Made by a program: the position numbers and the translations under genes
Notes under the pieces: model-generated
Seen by the model: the letters and a program-made list of their open reading frames with translations, nothing else
Database searches by the model: none
What the model was told of the DNA's origin: nothing
From: Catajapyx aquilonaris
Taxonomy: Eukaryota
Assembly (NCBI GenBank): GCA_000934665.2
Contig: KZ538006.1
Span: 310,001 to 374,000, forward strand
Length of the DNA: 64,000 bases
Direction: 5' to 3'
In this document: piece after piece, positions 13,716 to 27,300 of the stretch
Numbering within the stretch: the first letter of the stretch is position 1
Layout: each line of letters opens with the position of its first letter

Positions 13716-14123
13716 TTCGACTACATCAGAATCGAACGGAAAATTCGACGCGTGCCGTCGGCGTCGTCCAAATTACGAGCAAAGCAGCAAACAGCGTGAC
13801 GTCATTTTTCAGTTCAGCTATTCGGTCGCGGTCAACATTGCGGTTGCATTTTTAAAAGCACGTACTGTTATTACACTAATTTTCGTATTTAATTAGAGTG
13901 TAATTGCACACGTTTAGTGTAAATTAGGTGGATTGTTGTGTCCATGCGGCTTTTTCCTTGGTGGACAAAAAGCAAGATGGCGCCGGCGGTCTGAATCCGT
14001 GAAGATTCGGTTTCCTTCCTTTCCTTTGGAAGAGGATTCGAGGGGTCCAGGGAGGGGCCCCAGGGAAGCGGCGGGCTTGGAACACGGAGGGGCTGGAGTC
14101 CCGAGACACTCGCATGTGCAAGC
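13716..14123. promoter_or_regulatory. Putative bidirectional promoter INTS11 / ankyrin gene
   Basis: Divergent ATGs ~410 bp apart; YY1/Pho-like caagatggcgcc at 13973-13984; CRE-like tgacgtca at ~13797-13804. Confidence 0.55.
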
Positions 14124-17100
14124 ATGGTCATCCAGCAGTTGGTAGACGAGGTATGGTCAACTACTATGGAATATTAACGTGTTCGAAAAACTGATCTGTT
14201 CGAAAACATTGCAGCCGCCTCTGGTGAAGGCCATCTTCATAGGGGACATCCTCCAAGTGCAGGTCCTGCTGCAGCAGAAGGAGGATGTCAACTGCCAGGA
14301 TTTGGACCGGCGCAGTCCGTTGCATGCGGCTGCGTTCCGGGGAGATCCGCATATGGTGGATCTCCTCGTGATGAACGGTGCCAGGGTGAACAGCAAGGAC
14401 AACAAATGGGTGACTCCGTTGCATCGAGCGTGCCGGACAGGCTCGGAGGATGCCGTGAATTCCCTGTTGCGGCATCAGGCGGATATCAATGCGCGGGACC
14501 GCAATTGGCAAACACCTCTACATGTCGCATCGGCCAACAATGCGCTCCATTGCGCACGATCTCTCCTGCCTTTGGTGCCCAATATAAATGTGACCGACAG
14601 GGCTGGACGTACAAGCCTGCACCATGCGGCTTACAATGGTCATCCGGATATGGTGGCACTGCTGCTGTCCAATGGGGCGATGGTCAACTCGGTAGACAAG
14701 CGGGAAAGACGCGCGGTGCATTGGGCTGCTTTTGGAGGGCATGAGGAGGTGGTAAGGATGCTGCTGGATAGCGGAGCGGAAATGAACGCAAGGGATAAGG
14801 AAGAGTACACCGCCTTGCATGCAGCTTCTGCTAGTGGAAAGCTCAGAGCCGTACAGTCCATATTGGACTACGGGGCAGAATTTGATATGCCCAATGCATA
14901 TGGCAACACTTGCCTGCACACTGCATGTCTCAACGGACATGAGTTTGTCTGCGAGGAGCTTCTTACCTGCAGAGCTGCTGTCAACGCAGTCAATCACAGA
15001 GGACAGGTGAGTTCAAGTCGAGCTGTTAGTCACTTAATGAAGTCTTTCGTACACCGAGACCAAGTCCAGACTAAAGTCCAGGTGAAGTCCGGACAAGGTT
15101 CTTGAAGTATGACTGAAGTGGACTGAGATCCGTTGTACACTATACTGTCAAGACTTGACAGTATAGTGTACAACGGATCTCAGTCCACTTATATTGGTAT
15201 TAAGAACTTCATCTATTTCGGTATCGTTTCAGACCCCTCTCCACCTGGCTGCTGCCTCGCCCCATGGAGAAGCATGCTTGCGGGTTCTTTTACAAAATCA
15301 GGCTGACCTAAACGCTGCCAGTAAAGACGGACGTACTCCACTCCACATGACGGCCCTGCATGGCCGCTTCACACGTGCCAAGACTTTGATGGACCGGGGC
15401 GCCCTCATCAATGCCACCGACAAAGATGGATGCACTGCCCTGCATATAGCCGCCTTTTATGGGCATGAATTATTGGTTGGCACTCTTCTGGCTACTGGAG
15501 GGGATCCTAGGAGAAAAGGCTTTCAGGGGATGACCCCCCTGCATATGTGCTCCCAGAGTGGTTTTGTGGAGTGCTGCAGGAGGTTCCTCTCTGCAGGAGT
15601 AGAGCTGGATGCTAGAGACGATATTGGGAGGACATGCTTGCATCTCTGTTCGCTCAGTGGGTGGGTACCACATGTGATATAATCGGTAATGCGATGCTCA
15701 AATTCCCGTTGTTTTACAGAAGCGTGGAGTGCCTGGAACTGCTTGCCAGTAGCGGCGCTGACTTCCGACTGGTCGATTCGTACGGGAAGCTTCCCCTGCA
15801 TTATGCTTGCAGCCGCAGCCATTTCCAATGCATATTCACCCTGGTGTCTTTGGGGTCGGACATCAATGCCCAGGATTGCAGCGGGTGCACCCCGCTCCAC
15901 TACGCATGTGCGGACGACACTGAGGGCCGCTGTGTGGATTACCTCCTGAAGCACCGGAGCAATCCGGTGGTAGCAGATGCGCAGGGATTTAGCCCCGTAT
16001 ATTATGCGGTGGTGTCTGGCAACAAAGAGGCCCTGGAGCTGCTGCTCAAGTGCCTGGGTTCTGCTGTGCTCACTCCTCCTTCGATTGGGCGGAACAAGAC
16101 AAAAGTAGTGACCCCATTGCATTTGGCTGCCTATCACGGACACAGGGAAATCCTAGAGATTATCCTGCCCCACTTGGCCTCTGTTAATGATCCGGATGGC
16201 GAGGGAAGGACAGCGTTAGATCTTGCCACTTTTAAAGGTCAGTGTAGGACAGTTTTCATTTGTAACAGGGCTTACAGTATGCACCGTTATTTATAGGCAA
16301 CCATGAGTGTGTCCGTTTGCTTCTGAGCCACGGGGCGCAGGTGTTTGTTCCGAATGACCATGAGCTTGGGAGGCCTACGTCTGTGCATTTGGCAGCCATG
16401 AACGGTCACTTGGAGTGCCTGAGCCTGCTCTTAGAAGATGCGGAGACGTCTGGAAATGAGGACAAGGTGGCGGTGGTGGATGCGACTGATGCCAAGGGAA
16501 GGACTCCGCTCATGATGGCCGCTGCTGGAGGCCATATGAAATGTGTGGAGGAACTGCTGAAGCATGGAGCCAGTCCGGACCTGGTTGACAAAGATGCGAG
16601 ATCTGCACTCTTTCGAGGGGTAAGGCAGCTTGTGCTGTATTTAGTACGAAAACTTTACAAAGCCAGATCTGTAATTGCCAGGTTGTGAATGGTCACCAAG
16701 AGTTAGTGAGCCTCCTTTTATGTCGAGGCGCCTCCCCCGCCATCCAAGACCGAGGAGGGAAGTCCCCATTGCATTTGGCCAGTGCTTCGGGGCACATCCC
16801 TGTTCTGGAAGTTCTTCTCCAGCGCTCTCCTCCAGGCCTGGTGGACTCCCTTTTGGACTGCCAACAGTACACCCCTCTTCACTGGGCCTGCTACAACGGA
16901 CACGAGGCCTGCCTAGAGTACCTACTAGAACATACGCACTCAAATGCGTTCAAAGGAAGCCAGTTTTCTCCCATACACTGTGCTGTGTTAGTAAGACTCT
17001 GATGTTGAATTACTTGCTGAAATGTCGTATGAAAATGCTTGTGAGACACATGCTTTTGCCACTGCAGATATCATGGCAGCGAGCAGTGTGTGGAGCTTCT

Positions 17101-17936
17101 CCTGGCCCATTACGGTAGCGGGATTGTGAATCTGCAGGATCATCGTGGTCGTTCCCCTCTCCATGTGGCTGCCCATCATGGCAACATGGAGTGTCTGCAC
17201 CAACTTCTATCTCACGAGGCCTCCTTGGAAGCAGTGGACTGGAGGAAACGGACACCCCTGCTAGTGGCAGCTCGCAGTGGGCAAAAGGCTGTGCTCGAGG
17301 TGCTGTTGGACGGGGGAGCCAACCCGGGTGCTCAAGATCATCGTAGAAACACTGCGTTGCACCTTGCCTGCCTCAACAGGCATACGCAGGTATACATCTC
17401 TGATAAATCGCTCGCATGTAAACGCGGCTGAGAAAGACGTCGTTACACCATTTATAATGCCATTGTGCAACGTTATACATGAATGCTGCGGTATACAACT
17501 GATACGTAATGTGACATTTAAGTACCGTACTTCATTGCCAAAGGAGCGTAGTAATCCAAAATGTTATGCTAAACCACTTCTCCATGAATAAACCTAGGCT
17601 GCCGTATTGCTGCTGGACCGAAGGGGTGGATCGGAGGCTGTGGATTTGCCCAACTCCAGGGGGGAGACGCCGTTGCACGTGGCGGCCAGGCAGGGGCTGG
17701 TGGGAGTGACCCAGAGGTTACTCGACAAGGGAGCTGATGTTCGAGCTGTAGACAAGGAGGGTCACACGCCAGCCCTGGCTTGTGCACCCAATGCAGAAGT
17801 GGCTGACTGCCTCTCCATGATTCTGGCTGTGCTCATGGATAGTGACAGGGACCGAGATGCGGAAAGGAGGAGTGATAGTCAGGGTGGTGAGGAAAATATG
17901 GAATCCGTCATGAAAAATTCAACATTTGATTGCTAG
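14124..17936 (+). CDS. Serine/threonine-protein phosphatase 6 regulatory ankyrin repeat subunit (ANKRD28/44/52-like), ~8 exons
   Basis: N-terminus MVIQQLVDE|PPLVKAIFIGD matches the family pattern; >20 ankyrin repeats (TPLH.A motifs); C-terminal GHTPALACAPNAEVADCLSMILA; GT-AG introns link the ORF segments; exact last exon uncertain. Confidence 0.88.
15116..15190. repeat. Perfect palindrome, 37-bp arms with 1-nt spacer, intronic
   Basis: aagtggactgagatccgttgtacactatactgtcaag-a-cttgacagtatagtgtacaacggatctcagtccactt, preceded by short aagtcc repeats (15061-15090). Confidence 0.92.
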
Positions 17937-19784
17937 CAACCTGACACCATCGCTTCTCCCATTTTCAGAAAAGCGGCCGTCACTACCACAATCGAGTGAA
18001 GCAGCTTACGGGACGTGTTCAGCGTACGACTCAGAAAAGGATCAGTCAGGTTCCTCCTATCACAGCTCAGATTCAGAGTTTTACTAACACTAGTGTGAGG
18101 CATGTCCGCTCCCCCTTTGCTTGCTGCCATTAACAGAGAAGCCTGGATCGTCTTCCATCGCTGCAGTTCTCAAAATGTTATAAGCTGCAAGTGTAATGGA
18201 CTCGATTGCATGAATTCAGACTATTTAAAAAAATGTAGGATTTTTTTTTTTAAAGAAAAAAGAAAGTGCCTTGAAAGCGTTTCAGGGACGTTGTCAGTAA
18301 AAGAAAGGAAATGTGAGTGCCAAAAAACTAGAGCCATTTGTCTGTTGCCTCGTTTTTTTTTCTCTTCGTCATTCCAATAATATCATTTATGAGCTCACTA
18401 TTTTAACTTCCACTGATATTAGTTCCTTGATGTCAATCTTGACAGGATCTAGCAGAATTTTTTTTGTAAGGCAGACACACAATGTCTCTTGATTTCAGGT
18501 GCATTTAGTAACAGCAATGGAACAAAAAAGTGTGTGATAAAACAGCAACATGTGTAGCAGAGTAGCATGTACACTAATTGCGCGCACAAACGTGGAGTCA
18601 GTTTACACACCTTGTGTTTTTCTTGTGTTACCTTGTGACTAATGAAATCCGACTCAGGTCCATTTTGCGATGTGTGTAAAAGTGAGTGAATCTGTTAACT
18701 TATTTGAACCCAATCAAGTGGCGCATGTGAATCTGAGCTTGGTGTTTTGTTTTTCTGGCTCACATAATTTAGTGTAATTTTTCCTATTGATTTTTCAGGT
18801 TAACTGTGTTAACCGTCCAACATGTTCAGAAAACGCTTCTTTTCTGTACTGGTGAAAAAAAAAAGGACATGGAGAATCCAAGACTGCCGACGTATAGAAA
18901 ACGAACAATAAAAAGAACACAATTGTTGTATCCAGCCATCTTTTTGTATTACAAAATCAGGCAAGAGTTTTTATCAAGTTGACAAGTGTTATACCGTGAC
19001 AGTTGCAGAAACCGTTTTGCCATCACTGAGACTGTACCTCCTTTGCAATACACATGGAAAATTTGGTAGGAAGTTGTCAATCCAAAAATATGTTTTCTAC
19101 CTACATGTGTGATGTGTATACAATCAACAAAACATTCAAAATACAAGCCAAGTGTTTCTACAAGTGCAACCTACAACTCTGGTTGGACCAGATGAAATCG
19201 TCACATTCTGATTGCATTTTCATTTCATCGAGGCAGACATATTGAGGTTCTTTTCCAGGATTTTATACTGCCGATTGTCAATTGGAATGATAATTTTATT
19301 GACATTCAAACCTGAACTTCAATATTAGCCTTTTACGGATCGGATCTGAACCGTGCGGAATGTGACTCGATCAATTTAACGGCTTACGTAATACAAAGCA
19401 CTGCTTATAGGTATACTTGTCTAATACTGGATCTGTCATTAATGCGACTCTGACAAGTACTTCTTGCGCTTATGTCCATTACAGGTGAGTTCTCTGCACA
19501 TGGGACAACCCTTGAAAATTCATTCAAGCATGACATAAAAACCATGCAAGTTACAATATTTCCAGATTGCAAATACATAAGGCATGAAATATTAAGTTTT
19601 TTAATATATACCAATTGGCACTAACATTCTCGTAGCAAAGTAGTCAAAGTGGAAACATGTCAACACGACGACTTTCACCCTGATACGAATGCCTTCAAAC
19701 AAGAACTAATTCTGCCACCATCTTGGACACATTCCCAAATCTCCTTGGTTTATAACGCGTATTCCAACAATCATGGCACAATTC

Positions 19785-21020
19785 TTATCCGGTCTTGACA
19801 GCAGGACTGAGATCACTAAAGTACGTGTGAATCATTGCATCCTCGGCGGATATCCTGACACTCGGATTGCACACGAGAAGTCTCTGCAGCAGATCTTTAC
19901 CCTTGGTGTTCAGCTTGGGCACGACCTGCGAGAAGCTCATACTCGGGTGATACAAAGGAAACGGCTTGTAGTCGGGCAGCTGCGTCATTCCAGTCCAACT
20001 CTCCTCCGTCGGGGTGCCAAGCAGCTTGAATATTCGCTTCAGTTGGTCATCAACATCACTGCCTGTTATTGAACAAAATATTTGTTAACTCGGTATTCAA
20101 CTAACAGTTGATTTTGATGAACTTGCAGGCTATGTACCTGGGAATAATGGGCGTCCAGCATTGGCTAGTTCAGCAAAGATACATCCAGCTGACCATATGT
20201 CGATAGAAGTGGTGTAGAGCTTTGCACCAAATAGGACATCAGGCGGGCGGTACCACAGGGTAACCACTTCCGCCGAGTAGCATTTCACGGGTATGCCGAA
20301 AGCACGTGCCAGGCCAAAATCAGCCAGTTTAAGCTCCCCGTTCTGAAAGAAAAATGTAACATAAGTTAAATATATGAGCAACCTATAAAAATTTTGTAAC
20401 ACGTGTTTCGCAAACACTGTTCCCCAGACGTGCACATTTTGATCCCTCAATATGGAAAGACAGGTAAACAGTAAACATGAACTTGGGATTGGACTTCAGT
20501 CTCGGTGTTCAAATTACTTCATAAGTGACTAACCCTTTGGGTTGTTCATACCTTATTGATGAGAAGATTCTGCGGCTTTAAATCCCGATGCAGTACGTTG
20601 TGACTATGACAAAACGCAAGCCCTCTCAGGAGCTGATACATAAAGGATTTGACCACATCGGGATCAATCTCTCCGTTGAGGCTGTCAAAATACTTCTTCA
20701 AGTCCTGATCACAATGCTCAAACACAAGAGTCAGTTTCTTCTCACTGTGAAGCACATCATAAAGCCGCACAATATTCTTATGCTTCAGCTCCTTCAGCAG
20801 GCATATTTCTCTCAGGGCCGATGATGGAACACCCTGAAAAAAGAGTTAATGGTTTCATAATTAACTGGTTACATAATTAATTTAATTAGCTTACCTCATC
20901 CTCATCATCAAGCCGAACTCTTTTGAGCGCCACAATTTCATGCGACTCTCTGTTCTTCGCTTTGAACACAGTTCCGTACGTCCCCTCCCCAATCTTCTCC
21001 AGCTTCTCATACTTCTGCAT
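19785..21020 (-). CDS. Cdk5: Cyclin-dependent kinase 5, 4 coding exons
   Basis: [25 protein letters not shown]...; diagnostic PSSALRE helix; [44 protein letters not shown]. Confidence 0.97.
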
Positions 21021-21368
21021 CCTTCAGCTGTATTTTCAACCCAGTCTGAACCACATATCCTCCTTAAAAACGGTTCCAATAACTAATTAATCGAATCAAG
21101 TGATCAAAGCAGACGACAGACGGCGGCCATCTTGAAAAAGTGGGCGCGGCCATCTTGTTGCGTTGCCAACACCGGGCAGAGGAAATCGATTCGGCATCAG
21201 TTTTTCTATAGTTTTAATGTGGTTCACTGCTAGTCGTATTTATAGCCTTATTTAACATCCGGTGTGGCTATAATTTGCGGCTAATTTGATGGTCGACCAG
21301 TGTTCATCCCTCCCCCATCCGATCCGCGTACCCGAAGGCGACCCGATCATTTCCGAGTCCGAGTCAAA
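21021..21368. promoter_or_regulatory. Putative bidirectional promoter Cdk5 / Bap60 with tandem YY1/Pho-like sites
   Basis: Divergent ATGs ~350 bp apart; gcggccatcttg occurs twice (21123-21134, 21146-21157). Confidence 0.6.
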
Positions 21369-24300
21369 ATGGCGTCCAGGTTCCCCGCTAACCCGAATAG
21401 CGTGGGCCAAGCTGTGGTCCAGCAGCGGTTCCAGCCCTCCCCGGGGCCGCCCTTGAGGCAGTACGGGGGGCCCGCCTACCCGGTGAGTCCGCATCCCATC
21501 CACCGGCATCCCAAATCCCCGCGATGAGCCGGTCGCCCCGCCCTGGAAAAAGTCGTTCCGAATGCTCTTTACTTTTCTGAATGGGGTCGTTAAGCAGGGT
21601 TGCCAACATCAAGGGATTCTCCTCTCTCTAGCTGTGTTTGCTGCTCCCCCTCCCCCTTTTGCCCAGCGCGTCTTTGTGCACTTTTTTGCAGTAAAATACG
21701 ATTCGCGATGCAACCTGATTGGTTGGGGCTCGTGGTTTTTCGCATGTTTGGGAAAGAGGGTGGACCAGCGGGGGTGTTCGCGGAGTAGCGCAGCTGATAA
21801 AGCGGGAGGGGGTAGCTAATGCCCCGTTGAAGCGACCCACCCCCCTTTCGGATTAGTCAACGTCGGGTTGGTGACATCCAGATAAAGGGTCGTAGCCAGA
21901 GACGATAACAGATTTGGCATGGTCATATTAAGCAGGTTGGCAAGAAAAAGAGAAGATGAAAAAAATATGCAAAAAAATGGCATGGTTGCCAACAGAATGT
22001 TAGGCGTTGATATGACAAATTGGGAGTTAAATTAATTCACGAATTGTGTAATAATTCTGGTTAATTTAACCCCATGTCTCCAGCGTCAATTTGAGGTGTT
22101 TTGGAGGGTATGTAAGGCAGATGGAAATTGAAATTCGCAATATCTGCCACTAGAACAATCACGGGGACGGTTCAATTTGTTATTTTTATTCATCAAGCAA
22201 GGATCGAGTTGTACTGATTTTTAGATGCCAGTTATCGCCAATTATTAATTAAGGGCCAGTTGCACCGGCCTCAGTATATCTTAGAACCTCGGGTATAACA
22301 AGAATTGCCATAGCAATCGTTGTTGGTCAACAATGATTGCTATGGCAATGAGGTTCTAAGTTATACTGAGGCCTGTGCAACTGGCCCTAAAACAAGCAAA
22401 AAAAATCTATATAAATGAAGCCGTTTGTGAGTCTGTCTGTCTGTCTGTCCAGCTGCCAACCGTCATTTGCCTGCCATCTGTGCTCCACCCCCAGGCCGAG
22501 AGAGGATGAAGGTGTTGGAGGTTGACTACAGATGGCAGGCAAATGACCGTTGCCGTTATACAGGCGGGAGAGGTTGAAGGTGTTGGAGTATCAGGACCAC
22601 AGATGGCATTGGTGGCCGGACACACAGAAAGACCGACAGTTGACGTGGGTACTGGCAGGTGTTTTCCCTTCATTCATTTCTTCCCGGGCGACGCCGGGTG
22701 CCACAGACTCCAGTATATAATAAAACGGTCAAATGAGATGGCAAGGTGTTATACACCATGTCATCGCTGGCTACCCGATCTTGGGGACAATCCGGTGAAG
22801 TCGTGAAGATATGTACGTATGTATTAATTAAAACAGAACAGGCGGATGAAAAGTGACAAGTTTTGCGAAAATGCTTGTATGAAATTCGCAATATTTTGAA
22901 CTTTAAAATGACTGGGAAAGTTGAAAGAATTTTTATTTGTCAAGGTAAGGTGGAATATTACTTTGTTGAAATTCAAATTATCTTCAATTATTAATTGAAA
23001 CAGTAATTAACCAGATGTATATCCATTTAAAGGGGTGTATTACCATTGTTGAAAGTCATCGCATTAAGTGTGATTTAGCGAGCAATGTGCAACTCTTAAA
23101 AATCTGGCATCGCCTACCATTTGTCAAATCAATTGCCAAACATTCCTAGTGGCTTTGAAAATATTTTTAAATTTTCAAACGCTCCTTTTCTTTTTTGCAA
23201 TACTGGAATCAATTAATGACAGTTCATTTCTGGACTGGATAGGACAAATCAGCTGAAATTATGACAAGAATATAATTATGAAGACCTTGGGGGCAGAACG
23301 ATCAAAGTCCACGTTTTGTCAAAAATGAGTTGCATATCTCAGAAGATACTTTCACTAGTGTATAATAATTATACACTAGTATTACTCCACAACCACGACC
23401 AAACCATCATAATTATTATGATGGTTTGGTCGTGGTTGTGGAGTAATGATCATTGTAATGACATTTTTTTGCAAAGACATGACAGTAAGGTTTATCCTGC
23501 CGAGTATGCAACCCAACCACCTCTCCTGCCATACGTGGCCTAACCAACAGGCGCAATTGTGAGACACCCCCCGGGGTAATAGATGTAACTGATTGCGCAC
23601 ATGTCCGCCGTATAACTAATACACTTGTCGGTGGTTGGCTTTAACACTTTGAGACGACGTTGTCGGTGGAGTGGGCGGGATTTTGACGAAGACCAGTGAC
23701 GTCATAGGGGGGAAACTGCCGGTAGGTGGGGTTTGCCGCTTTTTTTTTTTGCAGACATTTTTGAACTTGTATGGTGGGGAAATGTATGCAAAAAGGGGAG
23801 GGGGATGGGAGAGGATGTGGGTGGAGTGAGGGGGGCTGTTGGGTGAGTGGGTGGGTGGGTTGGGTTTGGGAGAGAGGCAGGAGAGAGAGAGAGGTTGGCA
23901 GGCAGGGGCGCGCGCCTCTCTCTCCTAGGGGACAGATGCCCTCTTGGGTCGGGAGATTTTTTGCGGTGACACGCACCGTCTGCCAGCTTCGGACAGCATG
24001 ATCCAGAAGGTAATGTGTTGCACATGATGTCACTCTTTATTTTACAGGTGGCTGGATCACGTGTTACTTTTTACCACGTTTTTTTCTTCACATATATAAT
24101 ATGAGGAGGGGGGACAATAATTATGGTGCGGCAAAATTTGTTGTGATTTTCATTTATTTATTGGATGTGCGAGATGTGATGACAGAAAAAGAGGGATAGG
24201 AGGAGGAGGAGGAAGAGGCTATATCCTCTCACCCTCCCCACTTGACTTTTGCATATGTGGAAGCGGCGTCTTAGAAAATCAATACGGGGAGTTGGGAGGG

Positions 24301-27300
24301 GGGGAGCCCCCAGTGTGTGTGACAGTACAGCTATGCACATATGAAGGCCCTGCCTTGGGGAGTTGGAGGCTAGAGCAAAGCCCTTTTTGCACCTTTGCGG
24401 TAGTCCAGAGTGGTGGGGGCGAAAAAATGATTGGAAATTGAGACATTTTGAAACTTATGTTATTAGTGCATTATTGGTGCAATATGGAAAGCAATTAATT
24501 ATTTTAAATTTTTTAATTTTCGACAGAAGAGGGCACCTTTCAATTTTAATTGTCATTGAGAGTGGGGGATGATGGGAAATTTTATGATTAGTGGTTATTG
24601 GTGCAATTTTTTTTTCCAATATTGAATATGGGAAGCAATTATTATTTTCAAAATTTTAATATTCGACAGAAGAGGGCACCTTTTTTTTTTAATTCGCACA
24701 TAATTATCAATATAGACCATGTATTGGTTAACGATATTTGCATTATGTGCTATACAAAAATAGCTAATTGAACATGAAGCAATTAATGAGTGAACGGATT
24801 TGTTATAATTGTGATTTTCAATTCAAGCACCATTTGTAAGAATGTGAAGTGCTTCAAGGCAGGACTTCACTTTAAGAATGAATAATAAGTAAGTTCGTTG
24901 AATTTTTGTACATTGTGCAGAGAGTTATTTTGCTGTACTGTACCAATATGTTTACGCTATGAAGCAGTGTTATTTCATTTGTGGCATTAGTGTTGCTAAT
25001 TATTTGTTTAGGCCTATGAATGATGATCTTATATTTAGTTAGAATTCTCAGTTATAATGTTTACAGAATATATGTTTGCACATGCCCCACGCAGTGATAT
25101 TACTTAACTTTAGACTCAATTGTGTGTGATTTATACCTCAGGTGAACATTGCCTGTAATGCTTTAAAATCATTGAAATGAGATGTATGCATCTAGATTCC
25201 TATTTCGGGAATTTTAAAATCTTGGCATATGCAAAATCTCCACTTTAAATGTCTGTTACAATTGAATTAATATGAATTTGAGTCGGTATTTTATGCCAAT
25301 CACTACACTTTCATATAATAATGGAAGTACCCAATGAGATATTACATGCCCTTACGCAAAACATGTATCTCTGTTGCATTCCAGTGGCATGTGGAACAAA
25401 TGTCTATTTTGAATTCGCAGTTTATGTTTGCAGTATATTTATTTTTAGATTGGCCACTAAAGCCCTTTTTTTTCTTTTTCTTTTTTTCTCCGCCCCTACC
25501 CTATCCCCTGGCCCATAAATCCTTTCGGCCTGGCCCGATCCATTTGGTCAGATGAGCAATGCCTTTGCAATGCAGCAGCTGCAGCAGCGCCCTGGATATA
25601 GTACTGGTCAACCGATGAGCAACTCCCCAGGACCTAGCATGATGCCGAGACCACCCCAGCAGCCCCCTTACGGCCCAATGCGCCCGGGGCCCATGGGTGG
25701 TCAGCCAGGGGGCAAGAGGCCTGCGGACTCCCGTCCCCCTCAACAGCAGCCAAAGAGTTCAAAGAAGAAGAAGAAGTTGGCTGACAAGATACTTCCGCAG
25801 AAAGTACGTGATCTGGTTCCCGAGTCGCAGGCGTACATGGACTTGCTGGCCTTTGAGCGAAAGCTGGATGCTACCATAATGCGAAAGCGGCTTGACATTC
25901 AAGAGGCTTTGAAGCGTCCAATGAAGCAAAAGAGGAAATTGCGGATCTTCATTTCCAACACATTTTACCCTGCTAAAGAGCCCGCTGAGGGAGAGGACGG
26001 GTCTGTGGCTTCCTGGGAGCTGCGTGTGGAGGGACGTCTTCTGGAAGACGGAAAGAATGATCCGAACAAGGTCAAGCGGAAGTTCTCCTCTTTCTTCAAG
26101 AGCTTGGTCATTGAACTGGATAAGGACCTTTATGGTCCAGACAACCATTTGGTCGAGTGGCATCGCACACCCACCACACAGGAGACAGACGGATTCCAGG
26201 TAAGCAACTGAAATGAATAGTTAATTTGTGAACTTAATACATAATAAGAGCAATGTTGCAATATACGAAACCGTAATTGGAAATTTATTACGTCATGCCA
26301 GCACAGATAATATTTAAAGGAATCATTTGGCTGATGTATTGTTTAAACCTGATAACACATAGGAAATATATTTATCGTAATTCACAAATTTCATTCATCA
26401 TTAATGCAAGTGCTGATTTTTTATTATTTTTTGCTAAAAGCACATTGGCTTTCAATATTTTCTGAGAGCATTGTTTACAACTAGGCCTTTTTACCACCCC
26501 CTTGCCTTCAATTATTAGGTGAAGCGTCCTGGAGACAAGAATGTTGCCTGCACCATCCTCCTCCTGCTGGACTACCAGCCCCTGCAGTTTAAGCTTGATT
26601 CACGTTTAGCTCGCTTGCTGGGTGTGCACACCCAGACACGTCCAGTAATCATCAGTGCCCTGTGGCAGTACATCAAGACACACAAGCTGCAGGATGCACA
26701 TGAGCGAGAGTACATCAACTGCGACAAATACCTGGAGCAGATCTTTGCATGTCACCGGATGAAGTTTGCGGAGATTCCGCAGCGTCTCAATCCACTGCTG
26801 CACCCACCAGATCCTATTGTCATCAACCATGTAATCAGTGTGGAAGGAGCTGAGCAGAAGAAGACAGCCTGTTACGACATTGATGTGGAAGTGGATGACA
26901 CGTTGAAGACGCAGATGAACAACTTCCTCTTGTCAACTGCTAGCCAACAGGAGATTCAGAGCTTGGACAACAAGATCCACGAGACGGTGGAGACAATCAA
27001 TCAGCTGAAGACCCACCGTGAGTTCTTCCTCAGCTTTGCCAAGGATCCGCAACAGTTTATACAGAAGTGGCTCATCTCACAGACACGGGATCTCAAGGTG
27101 AGATGCATTATTTAGTGTTATTGTCTGGTACTGGCTGTTTAATAATAATCACGAAGTCTTTTGTAGTTTACATATCACACCTTTTAAGGTCCTTTTTCAG
27201 GCTGAGTGTTTAGGGATGTGTAGCAGAGTATTTAAAACTCTTTTTTTTTCCATGGACAGACCATCACGGATGTGGTGGGAAACCCAGAGGAGGAGAGAAG

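Noticed and set aside
13173..13799. 208-aa plus-strand ORF antisense to INTS11 (and similar antisense ORFs over the ankyrin gene and ANKZF1)
   Set aside because: Shadow ORFs of GC-rich coding exons with no independent features
22400..22720. Minus-strand Pol III-like ncRNA (TATA...T7) or 88-aa ORF
   Set aside because: Better explained as a Helitron (5' TC, microsatellite, 3' hairpin + CCAG); no 7SK, RNase MRP or RNase P motifs recognised
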